The position numbers and the translations under genes were made by a program. The notes under the pieces are model-generated. The model was given only the letters and a program-made list of their open reading frames with translations. It was not told the origin of the DNA and ran no database searches. Source: Candidatus Coprovivens sp. (GTDB lineage: Bacteria; Bacillota_I; Bacilli_A; RF39; UBA660). From it: a stretch of 56,285 bases of DNA. This document shows positions 1-9,469 of this stretch, piece after piece. The DNA is taken from NCBI GenBank assembly GCA_051892935.1, contig JBJFGS010000027.1:1-56285 (forward strand). Reading direction: 5' to 3'. Each line of letters opens with the position of its first letter. Within the stretch, counting starts at the first letter, position 1.

Positions 1-197
1 AAGGTTTAGGAGAAATGGATGCTGAAGAATTAAATGAAACAACTATGGATATTGAGAAACGTGTATTAAGACAGATAACTGTTGAAGATACGAGAGCAGC
101 AGATGAAGTTTTTTCTAAGCTTATGGGTGATGAAGTTGAGCCTAGAAGACAATTTATTGAAGAAAATGCTGTATTTGTTCAAAATTTGGATGCTTAG
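1..197 (+). CDS. gyrB: DNA gyrase subunit B, C-terminal fragment (runs in from window edge)
   Basis: [14 protein letters not shown]...[17 protein letters not shown] is the GyrB C-terminus; directly upstream of gyrA. Confidence 0.97.
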   Translation, partial: GLGEMDAEELNETTMDIEKRVLRQITVEDTRAADEVFSKLMGDEVEPRRQFIEENAVFVQNLDA

Positions 198-209
198 GAG
201 GTGTTGGTT

Positions 210-2753
210 GTGGATAGATTAGAACAAAACAATATAGTTAAAGAGGTTAGAGATTCATTCTTAGATTATTCTATGAGTGTTATTGTGGCTCGTGCATTAC
301 CTGATTTAAGGGATGGTTTAAAGCCTGTTCATAGAAGAATATTATATTCTATGTATGAATCTGGATATACTCCAGATAAACCTCATAAGAAGAGTGCTAG
401 AATAGTTGGAGATGTAATGGGTAAATATCATCCACATGGTGATTCTTCGATTTATGAAGCTATGGTTAGAATGGCTCAAGATTTTAGTTATAGATATATG
501 TTAGTAGATGGTCATGGTAACTTTGGAAATATAGAAGGTTACGGAGCTGCTGCTATGCGTTATACAGAATCAAGATTGTCAAAAATGTCTTTAGAATTGT
601 TAAGAGATATTAATAAAGATACTGTTGATATGGTTCCAAATTTTGATGATTCAGAAAGAGAACCAGCTATTTTGCCAAGTAGATTTCCTAATATTTTAGT
701 AAATGGTACTATGGGTATAGCAGTTGGAATGGCAACTAATATTCCTCCACACAATCTTGGTGAAGTCATTGATGGTTGTATTGCTGTAATAGATAATCCT
801 GATATAGAACTTGATGAATTAATGACTATAGTAAAAGGGCCTGATTTTCCAACTGGTGCTATAATACTTGGTAATTCTGGAATAAAAAAAGCTTATGAGA
901 CAGGAAGAGGGTCTATTACGATTCGTAGTAAAGCTACTATAGAAGAGAAAAATGGTAGACATTATATTGTTGTTGATGAAGTTCCTTATGGAGTTAATAC
1001 TTTAGATTTAAAAAATAAAGTAGCTGATTTAGTACATAATAAGGTTATTGATGGAATTACTGATTATCATACAGATTTAAAAAATGGTATAAAGATTACT
1101 ATTACATTAAAGAAAGATGCTAATGCTCAAGTTGTATTAAATCAACTATATAAGCATACTGAATTTCAAACTAATTATGGTATTATTTTCTTGATGTTAG
1201 ATCAAGGTGTACCAAAAACTTTAGGACTAAAAGATATATTGGTTAAGTATATTGATTATCAAAAGGAAGTTATTATAAGAAGAACTAGATTTAACTTAGA
1301 TAAAGCTGAAAAAAGAGCTCATATTTTAGAAGGCTTGAAGATTGCTTTAGATAATATTGATGAAGTTGTTAAGTTAATTAGAGCTGCTGAGAGTGATCAG
1401 GAAGCATTAAGTGGTTTAATGACAAGATTTGGCTTGACTGAAATCCAAGCACAAGCTATACTTGATATGAGGCTAAGAAGATTAACAGGCTTAGAAAGAG
1501 ATAAAATTGAAGCCGAATTAGCTGAATTATTGAAAGAAATTGATGAATTACGTTCAATTTTAGCAAGTGAAGAAAAAGTTCTTAATATTATTAAAGAAGA
1601 AATGACAGAGATTAAGAATAAATTTGGTGATGAAAGACGTACTAAGATTGATATGACAGCTATTGATTATATTGAGGATGAATCTTTAATACCAAATGAG
1701 GATGTTATTATTGCTTTAACTAATAAAGGATATATTAAGAGAACTACTTCTGATACGTTTAAGTCTCAAAATCGTGGTGGTGTTGGTATTAAAGGAATGT
1801 CAACAAATGAAGAAGATTTTGTTGAGCATATGATTAATATTCAAACTCATGATGATGTATTATTCTTTACTAATAAAGGTAAGGTTTATAGATTAAGAGG
1901 CTATGAAATCCCTGAATATAGTAGACAATCTAAGGGAATACCTGTTGTTAATTTGATTCAGGTTGATAAAGATGAGATGGTTAATTCAATTGTAAAGGTA
2001 ACTAAAGATGAAATTGGAGTTGTGGATAACTTGATTTTTGTTACTAAGTCTGGTTTGGTTAAACGTACATCTTTAGAAGAGTTTAAAAATATCCGTCAAA
2101 GTGGCAAGATTTGTATTACTTTAAAAGAGGATGATGAATTAATTGCTGTTAAGAAGACAACTGGTAATGATTTTGTATTATTAGGTTCTAGTAATGGTCG
2201 TATGGTTAAATTTAATGAAAATGACGTCCGTATAATGGGTAGAACTGCTTCAGGTGTTAAAGGTATTGAACTTGATGATTCGACTTGTATTGGAGCTGAA
2301 ATTGCTTCAGAAGATGATGTTGTTATCATTGTAACTAAGAAAGGTTACGGTAAACAAACAACTGTTCGTGATTATCGAGAGACTAAACGTGGTTCTAAAG
2401 GTGTTAAAGCATTAAGTATTACAGAAAAGAATGGAGATATTGCTTCATTTAAGATTGCAAGACCAGATACTGATATTGTTATTATTACTGATGCTGGTAT
2501 GGTTATGAGGATGCCTTTAGATCAAATATCTGTATTAGGTCGTGTTACTCAGGGTGTTAGATTAATTAATTTAAAAGATGATCATACTGTTGCTACTATT
2601 AGTTTAGTAGATAAAGAGAAAGAAGATGAAGTATCTGAAAATGTTTCTGTTGATAAATCTGAATTAGTAAACAATGAAACTATTACTGATAGCGGTTCTT
2701 CTATAGTTAGTAATTTAGAAAACAGTGTACCTGTTGAAGATGTTGAAAACTAA
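210..2753 (+). CDS. gyrA: DNA gyrase subunit A
   Basis: [23 protein letters not shown] (catalytic Tyr), GyrA-box QNRGGVG, beta-pinwheel repeats, acidic tail. GTG at 210 fits RBS AGGAGG (196-201) better than 201. Confidence 0.97.
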   Translation: MDRLEQNNIVKEVRDSFLDYSMSVIVARALPDLRDGLKPVHRRILYSMYESGYTPDKPHKKSARIVGDVMGKYHPHGDSSIYEAMVRMAQDFSYRYMLVDGHGNFGNIEGYGAAAMRYTESRLSKMSLELLRDINKDTVDMVPNFDDSEREPAILPSRFPNILVNGTMGIAVGMATNIPPHNLGEVIDGCIAVIDNPDIELDELMTIVKGPDFPTGAIILGNSGIKKAYETGRGSITIRSKATIEEKNGRHYIVVDEVPYGVNTLDLKNKVADLVHNKVIDGITDYHTDLKNGIKITITLKKDANAQVVLNQLYKHTEFQTNYGIIFLMLDQGVPKTLGLKDILVKYIDYQKEVIIRRTRFNLDKAEKRAHILEGLKIALDNIDEVVKLIRAAESDQEALSGLMTRFGLTEIQAQAILDMRLRRLTGLERDKIEAELAELLKEIDELRSILASEEKVLNIIKEEMTEIKNKFGDERRTKIDMTAIDYIEDESLIPNEDVIIALTNKGYIKRTTSDTFKSQNRGGVGIKGMSTNEEDFVEHMINIQTHDDVLFFTNKGKVYRLRGYEIPEYSRQSKGIPVVNLIQVDKDEMVNSIVKVTKDEIGVVDNLIFVTKSGLVKRTSLEEFKNIRQSGKICITLKEDDELIAVKKTTGNDFVLLGSSNGRMVKFNENDVRIMGRTASGVKGIELDDSTCIGAEIASEDDVVIIVTKKGYGKQTTVRDYRETKRGSKGVKALSITEKNGDIASFKIARPDTDIVIITDAGMVMRMPLDQISVLGRVTQGVRLINLKDDHTVATISLVDKEKEDEVSENVSVDKSELVNNETITDSGSSIVSNLENSVPVEDVEN

Positions 2754-2768
2754 GTTTCACGTGAAACA
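2753..2768. promoter_or_regulatory. parS site 1 (ParB/Spo0J binding)
   Basis: AGTTTCACGTGAAACA, 1 mismatch to consensus TGTTTCACGTGAAACA. Confidence 0.9.
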
Positions 2769-2866
2769 TATAAAAAAATTTAAAAAATACAATATTTTTA
2801 TATCGTTATTTTTGGGATAAATGGCTTATGTCAGCCAAAAATTAGTAATTATATACTTTTAAAATT

Positions 2867-2920
2867 GGAATTGAAATATAGTAAGGTGATAAATTCTATG
2901 TTTCAATTCCTTTTATTTTT
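2867..2920 (+). terminator. Hairpin/likely rho-independent terminator after gyrA
   Basis: GGAATTGAAATATAG ... CTATGTTTCAATTCC inverted repeat followed by T-rich tract. Confidence 0.6.
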
Positions 2921-2947
2921 CTTTTTTTTACAAAAAAGCTGTGGAAA

Positions 2948-2963
2948 TGTTTCACGTGGAACA
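2948..2963. promoter_or_regulatory. parS site 2
   Basis: TGTTTCACGTGGAACA, matches the parS palindrome consensus. Confidence 0.92.
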
Positions 2964-3006
2964 TCTAATTTTATATCTAATATATTGCACAAAAAATGTT
3001 GATAAA

Positions 3007-3022
3007 TATTTCCTGGGAAATA
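3007..3022. promoter_or_regulatory. Noc-binding-sequence (NBS)-like palindrome
   Basis: TATTTCCTGGGAAATA, 1 mismatch to B. subtilis NBS TATTTCCCGGGAAATA; extra half-sites GGGAAATA at 3037, 3069, 3087. Confidence 0.7.
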
Positions 3023-3113
3023 AAATTCAAAGAATCGGGAAATAATTGTACATAATAATATTTTATTTGGGAAATAAAATAGTTACGGGAAATAATATAG
3101 TTGTTATTTTACA

Positions 3114-3129
3114 TGTTTCACGTGGAACA
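3114..3129. promoter_or_regulatory. parS site 3
   Basis: TGTTTCACGTGGAACA, identical to site 2. Confidence 0.92.
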
Positions 3130-3140
3130 TAAAAAAACAG

Positions 3141-3169
3141 TTGACTATCTAAATCTATTTTGATAATAT
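3141..3169 (+). promoter_or_regulatory. sigma-A promoter of SRP RNA
   Basis: TTGACT-N17-TAATAT ending 6 nt before the RNA hairpin. Confidence 0.65.
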
Positions 3170-3175
3170 ATTTTC

Positions 3176-3246
3176 GTGCAACAAATATATTGTAACCTGG
3201 TCAGAACCGGAAGGTGGCAGCCATATCAATCTCTGTTTGTGTGCAC
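3176..3246 (+). ncRNA. ffs: Small (4.5S-type) signal recognition particle RNA
   Basis: SRP domain IV motif TCAGAACCGGAAGGTGGCAGC (GGAA tetraloop); terminal stem GTGCA...TGCAC followed by T7; next to tadA/dnaX like Bacillus scr. Confidence 0.88.
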
Positions 3247-3265
3247 TTTTTTTATGGTGATGTGT

Positions 3266-3697
3266 ATGAAAGTAGATAAAAAAATTCTGGATTTATTGTT
3301 AAAGAATGCAAAAAAGGCTTTTAATAATGGCGAAATTCCGGTCAGTGCAATTATTGTTGATCATAACGGAAATATTGTTTCTAGTTCTTGTAATAATAGG
3401 CAGAAGAAAAGTAATGTTTTAGGACATGCTGAGATTAATTGTATATTAAGTGCTGAAAAAAAGCTTAAGGATTGGCGTTTAGATAGTTGTTGTATGTTTG
3501 TTACTCTGGAACCATGTGATATGTGTTCTATGATTATTAATGAATCTAGGATTAGTAGTGTTTATTATTTTGTATCTAAAAAAACTGTTGTAAATGATTA
3601 TAATATTGATATAAATAAGTATTTGGTTGAAGAGTATCCTGAGTATACTGATTTATATAGAAGTTTATTAACAAGTTTTTTTGATAATAAGAGGTGA
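3266..3697 (+). CDS. tadA: tRNA adenosine(34) deaminase
   Basis: GEIPVSA, HAE and LEPCDMC zinc motifs; start moved to ATG 3266 because the upstream part of the ORF overlaps the SRP RNA. Confidence 0.9.
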   Translation: MKVDKKILDLLLKNAKKAFNNGEIPVSAIIVDHNGNIVSSSCNNRQKKSNVLGHAEINCILSAEKKLKDWRLDSCCMFVTLEPCDMCSMIINESRISSVYYFVSKKTVVNDYNIDINKYLVEEYPEYTDLYRSLLTSFFDNKR

Positions 3698-3740
3698 AAA
3701 CCTTTTTTTTGTGCTATAATAATCCACAGGAGGTTTTAAT

Positions 3741-5411
3741 ATGAGCTATAAAGTATTGTATAGAAAATATAGACCTAATGATTTTGATAATGTAGTGGGG
3801 CAGGATTATACTGTTTCGATGCTTAAGAATGCGGTTAGTACTGGTAAACATGCTCATGCTTATATTTTTACTGGACCTCGTGGTACTGGAAAGACTAGTA
3901 GTGCAAAGATTTTTGCTAAGGCTTTGAATTGCGATCATCCTATTGAAGGAAATCCTTGTAATGAGTGTCCAAGTTGTTTAGCGTTTAAGAATAGTCCTGA
4001 TATTATTGAAATTGATGCTGCTTCAAATAATGGAGTTGATGAAATTAGGGAACTTATTAACAACGTGAAGTTAGTTCCTACTTCTTTTAAATATAAGGTT
4101 TATATTATTGATGAAGTTCATATGCTAACTGCGAGTGCTTTTAATGCTTTGTTACTTACTTTGGAGGAACCACCTTCTCATGTAGTATTTATTTTGGCTA
4201 CAACTGATATTCAAGATGTTCCTATTACTATATTATCAAGGTGTCAAAGGTTTGATTTTAAACCTGTAAGTATGAAGGCTATCGTGGATCGTTTGAATTA
4301 TGTTTGTAGTGAAGAATCTATTAAGATTTCTTCGGAGGCTTTAGAGGAAATTGCACTTATTTCAGCTGGTGGAATGCGTGATGCATTAGGAATGTTAGAT
4401 CAGTTATCAAGTGATGATTCTGAAATTACTTTGGATATGGTTTCAGATTATTTTGGTAGTGTTTCTGTAAAAAAAATAGATGAGTTATTAACAGCGATTG
4501 AAGATAATAATGTTTCTAGTTTGTTGGATATACTTTCTGTTATTAAGGAAAGTGGTACAAATTATTCAGTTTTTATTGAAAAGTTAATTTCTGAGTTACG
4601 TAGGTATGCTGTTGATGTAAGGTCTGGGAAATATAATCATAGTATTAGTTTTGATGATATTTATGGATTGATTTTTGATTTGAATGAATGTTTATGTAAT
4701 ATTAACATTAATATAGATCCTTATGTTTTAATAGAGGTTGTTTTGTTGAAGTATATTAATGTGGAAAATAATTTATTAAATGAAAATAATACTATAAATA
4801 ATGATTCTATTAAGAATTTAGATTCTTCAAATAAGTTGGGAAATAATAATTTTTCCGATAAATTAGGCAAAAAAAGCAAAAAAAGTATGTTAGATAGTAA
4901 TGTTGATAATTATTCAGTTATCAACAGCAACAATAAAAAGAATATAGATTTAAGTGTTAGAATTAATAATTGTTTTGTTGATGCTTCAAAGTCTATGAAG
5001 GATTCTGTATCTAAGTCATGGGTTGATTTTATGAATTATTTAATGAATAAGGATAGAAGTTTGATTTCTTTGTTAGCAGATACGGTTGTTCTTACTGCTT
5101 CTAGTTCTTATGTATTAATTCAAAGTAGAATTGATAGTACTAATGAGTTAATTAATAGTTCTATTAGTGATTTGGAAAAACATTATTGTAGTTTTTCTGG
5201 TAAAAAATTGAGATTTGCTGCAATAAATGAAGATTTATGGGAAAAAGAGACTGAAAAGTATAGATTTAATTTAAAGAATAAAATAAAATATAGTTATATA
5301 GATGAAGAAGATGATTCTGAGTCTGAAACCGATTTGTCAGTTGCAACTGAGAAGATTGATGATATTGAAGAAGTTGCTAAAGATATTTTTGGTTCATTTG
5401 AAGTTGAATGA
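3741..5411 (+). CDS. dnaX: DNA polymerase III subunit gamma/tau
   Basis: LYRKYRP, GPRGTGKT, Zn finger, EIDAASN, IIDEVHML, SRCQ. Confidence 0.97.
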   Translation: MSYKVLYRKYRPNDFDNVVGQDYTVSMLKNAVSTGKHAHAYIFTGPRGTGKTSSAKIFAKALNCDHPIEGNPCNECPSCLAFKNSPDIIEIDAASNNGVDEIRELINNVKLVPTSFKYKVYIIDEVHMLTASAFNALLLTLEEPPSHVVFILATTDIQDVPITILSRCQRFDFKPVSMKAIVDRLNYVCSEESIKISSEALEEIALISAGGMRDALGMLDQLSSDDSEITLDMVSDYFGSVSVKKIDELLTAIEDNNVSSLLDILSVIKESGTNYSVFIEKLISELRRYAVDVRSGKYNHSISFDDIYGLIFDLNECLCNININIDPYVLIEVVLLKYINVENNLLNENNTINNDSIKNLDSSNKLGNNNFSDKLGKKSKKSMLDSNVDNYSVINSNNKKNIDLSVRINNCFVDASKSMKDSVSKSWVDFMNYLMNKDRSLISLLADTVVLTASSSYVLIQSRIDSTNELINSSISDLEKHYCSFSGKKLRFAAINEDLWEKETEKYRFNLKNKIKYSYIDEEDDSESETDLSVATEKIDDIEEVAKDIFGSFEVE

Positions 5412-5431
5412 TATGAAAGAGGGAAATAAAT

Positions 5432-5725
5432 ATGAATATGCAAGCTTTAATGCAACAAGCACAAAAAATGCAAAGAGATATTACAAAGAAGAAGGATGAA
5501 TTAAATAAGAAGAGTTTTATAGGTTCTTCTGAATTAGTTGAAGTTACTTTTACTGGAGATAAAAAGTTAGTTTCTGTTAGAATTAAAGGTGAAATTGATA
5601 GTGATGATAAGGAAATAATAGAGGATATGTTTGTTATAGCTGTAAATGATGCTATGGTTAAAATAGATAAAGAGACTGAAAGTATGTTAGGTGCATATGG
5701 TGGTCAATTAAGTGGGTTATTTTAA
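5432..5725 (+). CDS. ybaB: YbaB/EbfC nucleoid-associated protein
   Basis: MQALMQQAQKMQ...AVNDAM; between dnaX and recR. Confidence 0.92.
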   Translation: MNMQALMQQAQKMQRDITKKKDELNKKSFIGSSELVEVTFTGDKKLVSVRIKGEIDSDDKEIIEDMFVIAVNDAMVKIDKETESMLGAYGGQLSGLF

Positions 5726-6324
5726 TGGCATATCCTACTGTTTTGTCTGATTTGATTAATTATTTTCGTAAGTTACCAGGAATAGGCGAGAAGAGTGCTG
5801 AAAGAATGGCTCTTTCTTTGTTGGAATTATCTTCTGATGATGTAGATAGTTTTGCTTCTTCGATGGTTGATTGTAAAAATAATTTGCATCCTTGTGAAGT
5901 ATGTGGCCATATTACCGATAAGGATGTTTGTGATATTTGTTCTGATACTCATCGTAATCAGTCTGTAATATGTATTTTAGAGGATTATAAGAGCGTTTTT
6001 GCTTTTGAAAAGGCTGGTAACTATAATGGTGTTTATCATGTCTTAAATGGGCTAATTTCGCCTATAGATGATGTTAATCCTGAGGATATTAATATTTCTG
6101 GTTTGATTGATAGAGTTGAAAAGCTAGAACATCCTGAATTAATTATTGCATTGAAATCAACTATTGAAGGAGAGACAACTACTTTATATCTTAAAAAGAT
6201 TTTTGAAAATAAAAATGTTGAAATATCTAGATTATCTTATGGTATTCCAATGGGAGCTGAGATTGATTATTTGGATGAAATAACATTAGATAGAGCGTTA
6301 GGTGATCGTAAAAAAATATCATAA
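5725..6324 (+). CDS. recR: Recombination mediator RecR
   Basis: KLPGIGEKSAER HhH, C4 zinc finger, YHVLNG, EGETT toprim. Confidence 0.97.
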   Translation: MAYPTVLSDLINYFRKLPGIGEKSAERMALSLLELSSDDVDSFASSMVDCKNNLHPCEVCGHITDKDVCDICSDTHRNQSVICILEDYKSVFAFEKAGNYNGVYHVLNGLISPIDDVNPEDINISGLIDRVEKLEHPELIIALKSTIEGETTTLYLKKIFENKNVEISRLSYGIPMGAEIDYLDEITLDRALGDRKKIS

Positions 6325-6362
6325 TTTTGGATTTTATTTTATATGATTATTTAGGTGATTAT

Positions 6363-6545
6363 ATGAAATTTGTTTTTATGATAATAAAAAAGTTATGTTT
6401 AGGTATATTTGCAATTTATAGTTTTAACGTTTTGTTCAGTGTTATTAATGTTGTAATTCCTATTAATTTGTTTACAATAAGTATGAGTTCTTTTTTAGGA
6501 ATTTTTGGAGTTATTTCAGTTTTGGTTATGAAATATGTAATTTAA
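6363..6545 (+). CDS. bofA: Pro-sigmaK processing inhibitor BofA family
   Basis: Small hydrophobic protein with IPINLFT...LGIFG motif; follows recR as in Bacillus. Confidence 0.7.
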   Translation: MKFVFMIIKKLCLGIFAIYSFNVLFSVINVVIPINLFTISMSSFLGIFGVISVLVMKYVI

Positions 6546-6567
6546 ATATTGTAGTGAAGGTGGTATT

Positions 6568-7407
6568 TTGGTCGAATCTGGTGTATTTAGTGAGATTGTT
6601 AAGAAATATCATGAGGGAAGGTTAGCTCATGCTTTTTTGCTTGAAACAAATGATACGAACAAATGTTATACTGATGTTTTAGATTTTTTAAAGATAATTA
6701 ATTGTCCAAATAATAAGGATGATATTAGTAATTGTAAAGAAAATTGTAATTTATGTAGGTTAATTAGTACTGATTCTTTACCTAGTTTGATTACTATTTC
6801 TCCTGAAGGTCAGTATATTAAAAAAGATCAAATTATTGATATGATGGATAAGTTTAGTACAAAGCCTGTCTTTACTAAATTTAATATGTATGTTATAAGG
6901 GAAGCTGATAGATTTAATTCATCTTCTGCTAATACTTTACTTAAGTTTTTGGAGGAACCAGAAGAAAATATTTTAGGTGTTTTTATTACTAATAATAAAG
7001 AAAATGTTATATCTACTATTAGAAGTAGATGTCAGATATTTAGTTGTATGTATAATTCTAATGTAGCTGATTCTTTAGATGAAGACTTATTAACAGATGT
7101 TAAGTTGTATTTGAACGCTATTTATAAAAATTCTAATGATTTACTTTATAATAAGACTCATATGAGTGGTTATTATAAGGAGAGAATTCAATGGGAAAAT
7201 TTTTTTAGTACGATGTTATATTATCTTAATGATTGTTATTATAGTGAAAGATTGGATAAAATTGAATTAATTAAAAGTGTTTCTAAGAATAATTTGATAA
7301 AAATTATTCTATTAATTGAAACAATTTTGAAGTATATAAAAAGTAATTGTAATATTGATTTGGTTTTAGATAAATTTGTGATAGAAATGAGGTCTTATTA
7401 TGAATAA
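6568..7407 (+). CDS. holB: DNA polymerase III delta-prime subunit
   Basis: LAHAFL, Zn cysteines, SSANTLLKFLEEP, TIRSRCQ; precedes ricT. Confidence 0.9.
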   Translation: MVESGVFSEIVKKYHEGRLAHAFLLETNDTNKCYTDVLDFLKIINCPNNKDDISNCKENCNLCRLISTDSLPSLITISPEGQYIKKDQIIDMMDKFSTKPVFTKFNMYVIREADRFNSSSANTLLKFLEEPEENILGVFITNNKENVISTIRSRCQIFSCMYNSNVADSLDEDLLTDVKLYLNAIYKNSNDLLYNKTHMSGYYKERIQWENFFSTMLYYLNDCYYSERLDKIELIKSVSKNNLIKIILLIETILKYIKSNCNIDLVLDKFVIEMRSYYE

Positions 7408-8203
7408 TATTTATGGTGTAACTTTAAAAACAGAAGGTAAAATATATTATTTTAATGGTGTTGATTTAGATATAGAAAAAGATTCTTATGTTGTTGTTGA
7501 AACAGAAAAAGGTGTTCAAATAGGTAAATTAATGTATAAAGCAGATAATGATAAGGTTAATATTCCTATTGAAGAAATGAAAAAAATATTAAGAATAGCT
7601 ACTGAAGAAGATAACTCTAATTATTTGAAAAATCTAGCTGATGCTGAAAAATGTTTAGTAAAAGCGAGAAGCATTGCTAAAGAATTAGATTTAAACATGA
7701 GTATTTTAGATGCTTGTTATACTTTGGATAGAAAACAATTATTATTTAATTTTATTGCAGATGAAAGAATTGATTTTAGAGAATTGGCTAAAAAGCTGGC
7801 TGCTTCTTATAAAACTAGGATTGAATTGCGTCAGATTGGTGCAAGAGATAAAGCTAGAACTATTTGTGGTATAGGTCAATGTGGAAGAACTTTATGTTGT
7901 TCGACTTTCTTGAATCATATTGATTCAGTTACTATGAATATGGCAAAGAATCAAAATATTGCGCTTAATCCTTCTAAAATTAATGGATTATGTGGAAGAT
8001 TATTATGTTGTTTAACATACGAAGATGATGAATACGTTAGATGTGGCAAAGGATTGCCTAATGTTGGACAAACTGTTAAAACGGATTTTGGTAAAGGTAA
8101 GGTAGTTAGTGTTGATATTTTGAATAGAAAATACAAAGTTGATATTGATGGAGTAATAAAGGAGATTGAGCTTGGTTGTGACGAGTGCGAGTGTAGTAAA
8201 TGA
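7400..8203 (+). CDS. ricT: RicT/YaaT (PSP1 domain) Fe-S regulatory subunit
   Basis: RIDFREL, RIELRQIGARD, CGR.LCC, CGRLLCCL.YE. Confidence 0.95.
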   Translation: MNNIYGVTLKTEGKIYYFNGVDLDIEKDSYVVVETEKGVQIGKLMYKADNDKVNIPIEEMKKILRIATEEDNSNYLKNLADAEKCLVKARSIAKELDLNMSILDACYTLDRKQLLFNFIADERIDFRELAKKLAASYKTRIELRQIGARDKARTICGIGQCGRTLCCSTFLNHIDSVTMNMAKNQNIALNPSKINGLCGRLLCCLTYEDDEYVRCGKGLPNVGQTVKTDFGKGKVVSVDILNRKYKVDIDGVIKEIELGCDECECSK

Positions 8204-8906
8204 TTTATATGATTATGATGGTTTAAAAATATATCAGTATGAAGATAAATTTAAGTTTTCTTTGGATTCTATATTATTGGCTGAATTTGTAGAATTAAAA
8301 GCTAATACTAGAGTAATTGTAGATTTTTGTACGGGAAATGCTCCAGTGCCTTTAATTTTATCTACTAAGACTAATGCAAGATTATATGGTTTTGAAATAC
8401 AGCCTAATATAGCTAAGTTGGCTAAGATGAGTGTTAGGGAGAATAATTTGGATTCTCAAATTAATATTATTAATGCTAATTTGACTGAGTCTTTAGAATA
8501 TATATTACCAGAAAGTGTAGATGCTGTTACTTGTAATCCTCCATACTTTAAATATGATAAGAATAAATCATTAATTAATGAAGATGAAGAAAAAGCTATA
8601 GCTAGACATGAAATAACTATGAATTTGGAAGAACTTATGACAGCTGCTAAATATATTTTGAAAAATAAAGCTCCTCTTTATATTGTACATAGATGTGATA
8701 GATTGGAAGAAATATTAGATTGTTTAAATAAATATAATTTTAAAGTAAAAAAATTACAATTTGTATATGCAGGATATAATAAAGAAGCAATTATGGTATT
8801 AATAAAAGCTACTAAAAATGGCAAGATGGGTAGCTTGAAAGTAATGCCGCCAGTTGATGTTTTGAAACATAAGAGCTATAAAGGAATTTTTGAAAAGGGT
8901 GAGTAA
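8166..8906 (+). CDS. yabB: tRNA1(Val) adenine(37)-N6 methyltransferase
   Basis: FSLDSILL, DFCTGN SAM motif, CNPPY, ARHE; exact start uncertain. Confidence 0.85.
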   Translation: MSLVVTSASVVNDLYDYDGLKIYQYEDKFKFSLDSILLAEFVELKANTRVIVDFCTGNAPVPLILSTKTNARLYGFEIQPNIAKLAKMSVRENNLDSQINIINANLTESLEYILPESVDAVTCNPPYFKYDKNKSLINEDEEKAIARHEITMNLEELMTAAKYILKNKAPLYIVHRCDRLEEILDCLNKYNFKVKKLQFVYAGYNKEAIMVLIKATKNGKMGSLKVMPPVDVLKHKSYKGIFEKGE

Positions 8907-8907
8907 T

Positions 8908-9462
8908 ATGAAGTTAATTGTTGGGCTTGGGAATCCTGGTAAAGATTATAAAAATACTAGACACAATGTTGGTTTTCTAGTGCTTGATGGTTATTTGAAT
9001 ACTAGTGATTGGAAAGAAAAATTTAATGCTTTATATCATGAAGCAAGAATTAATGGTGATAAAATTATTTTTGTTAAACCATTGACATATATGAATTTGT
9101 CTGGTGATTCTGTTGTCAAGTTTGTTAACTATTATAATGTTAATATAGATGATATACTTGTCATTCATGATGATTTAGATTTACCTTTTTCAACATATAA
9201 ATTAAAAAAGAATAGTAGTGCTGGTGGACATAATGGAATTAAATCTATTATAAATAGACTTAATTCACAAGAGTTTGCTAGGCTTAAAGTTGGTGTATCT
9301 CATGATAAGTCTATAGATACTAAAGATTATGTGTTAGGAAATTTTAGTAAAATTGAAATTGAAAAACTTAATGATATGCAAAAAGATTTTAATAATATAA
9401 TAGAATCTTTTATTAAGTTCGGTATTGATAAAACTATGAATATTTATAATACGAAGAAGTAG
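8908..9462 (+). CDS. pth: Peptidyl-tRNA hydrolase
   Basis: LIVGLGNPG, TRHNVGF, KPLTYMNLSG, HDDLD, GGHNG. Confidence 0.97.
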   Translation: MKLIVGLGNPGKDYKNTRHNVGFLVLDGYLNTSDWKEKFNALYHEARINGDKIIFVKPLTYMNLSGDSVVKFVNYYNVNIDDILVIHDDLDLPFSTYKLKKNSSAGGHNGIKSIINRLNSQEFARLKVGVSHDKSIDTKDYVLGNFSKIEIEKLNDMQKDFNNIIESFIKFGIDKTMNIYNTKK

Positions 9463-9469
9463 GGGTTAT

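Noticed and set aside
2753-3129. Spaced 16-bp repeats as a CRISPR array
   Set aside because: Irregular 166-195 bp spacing, match to parS, and no cas genes
3176-3265. N-terminal extension of the tadA ORF in the ORF track
   Set aside because: It is the SRP RNA and its T run read in frame; TadA-like sequence and an RBS fit a start at 3266
4866-4886. Two A7G runs in dnaX as a possible tau/gamma frameshift site
   Set aside because: Codons are AAA AAA AGC/AGT, not A_AAA_AAG in the E. coli frame; no clear stimulatory hairpin; A runs are common at this AT content
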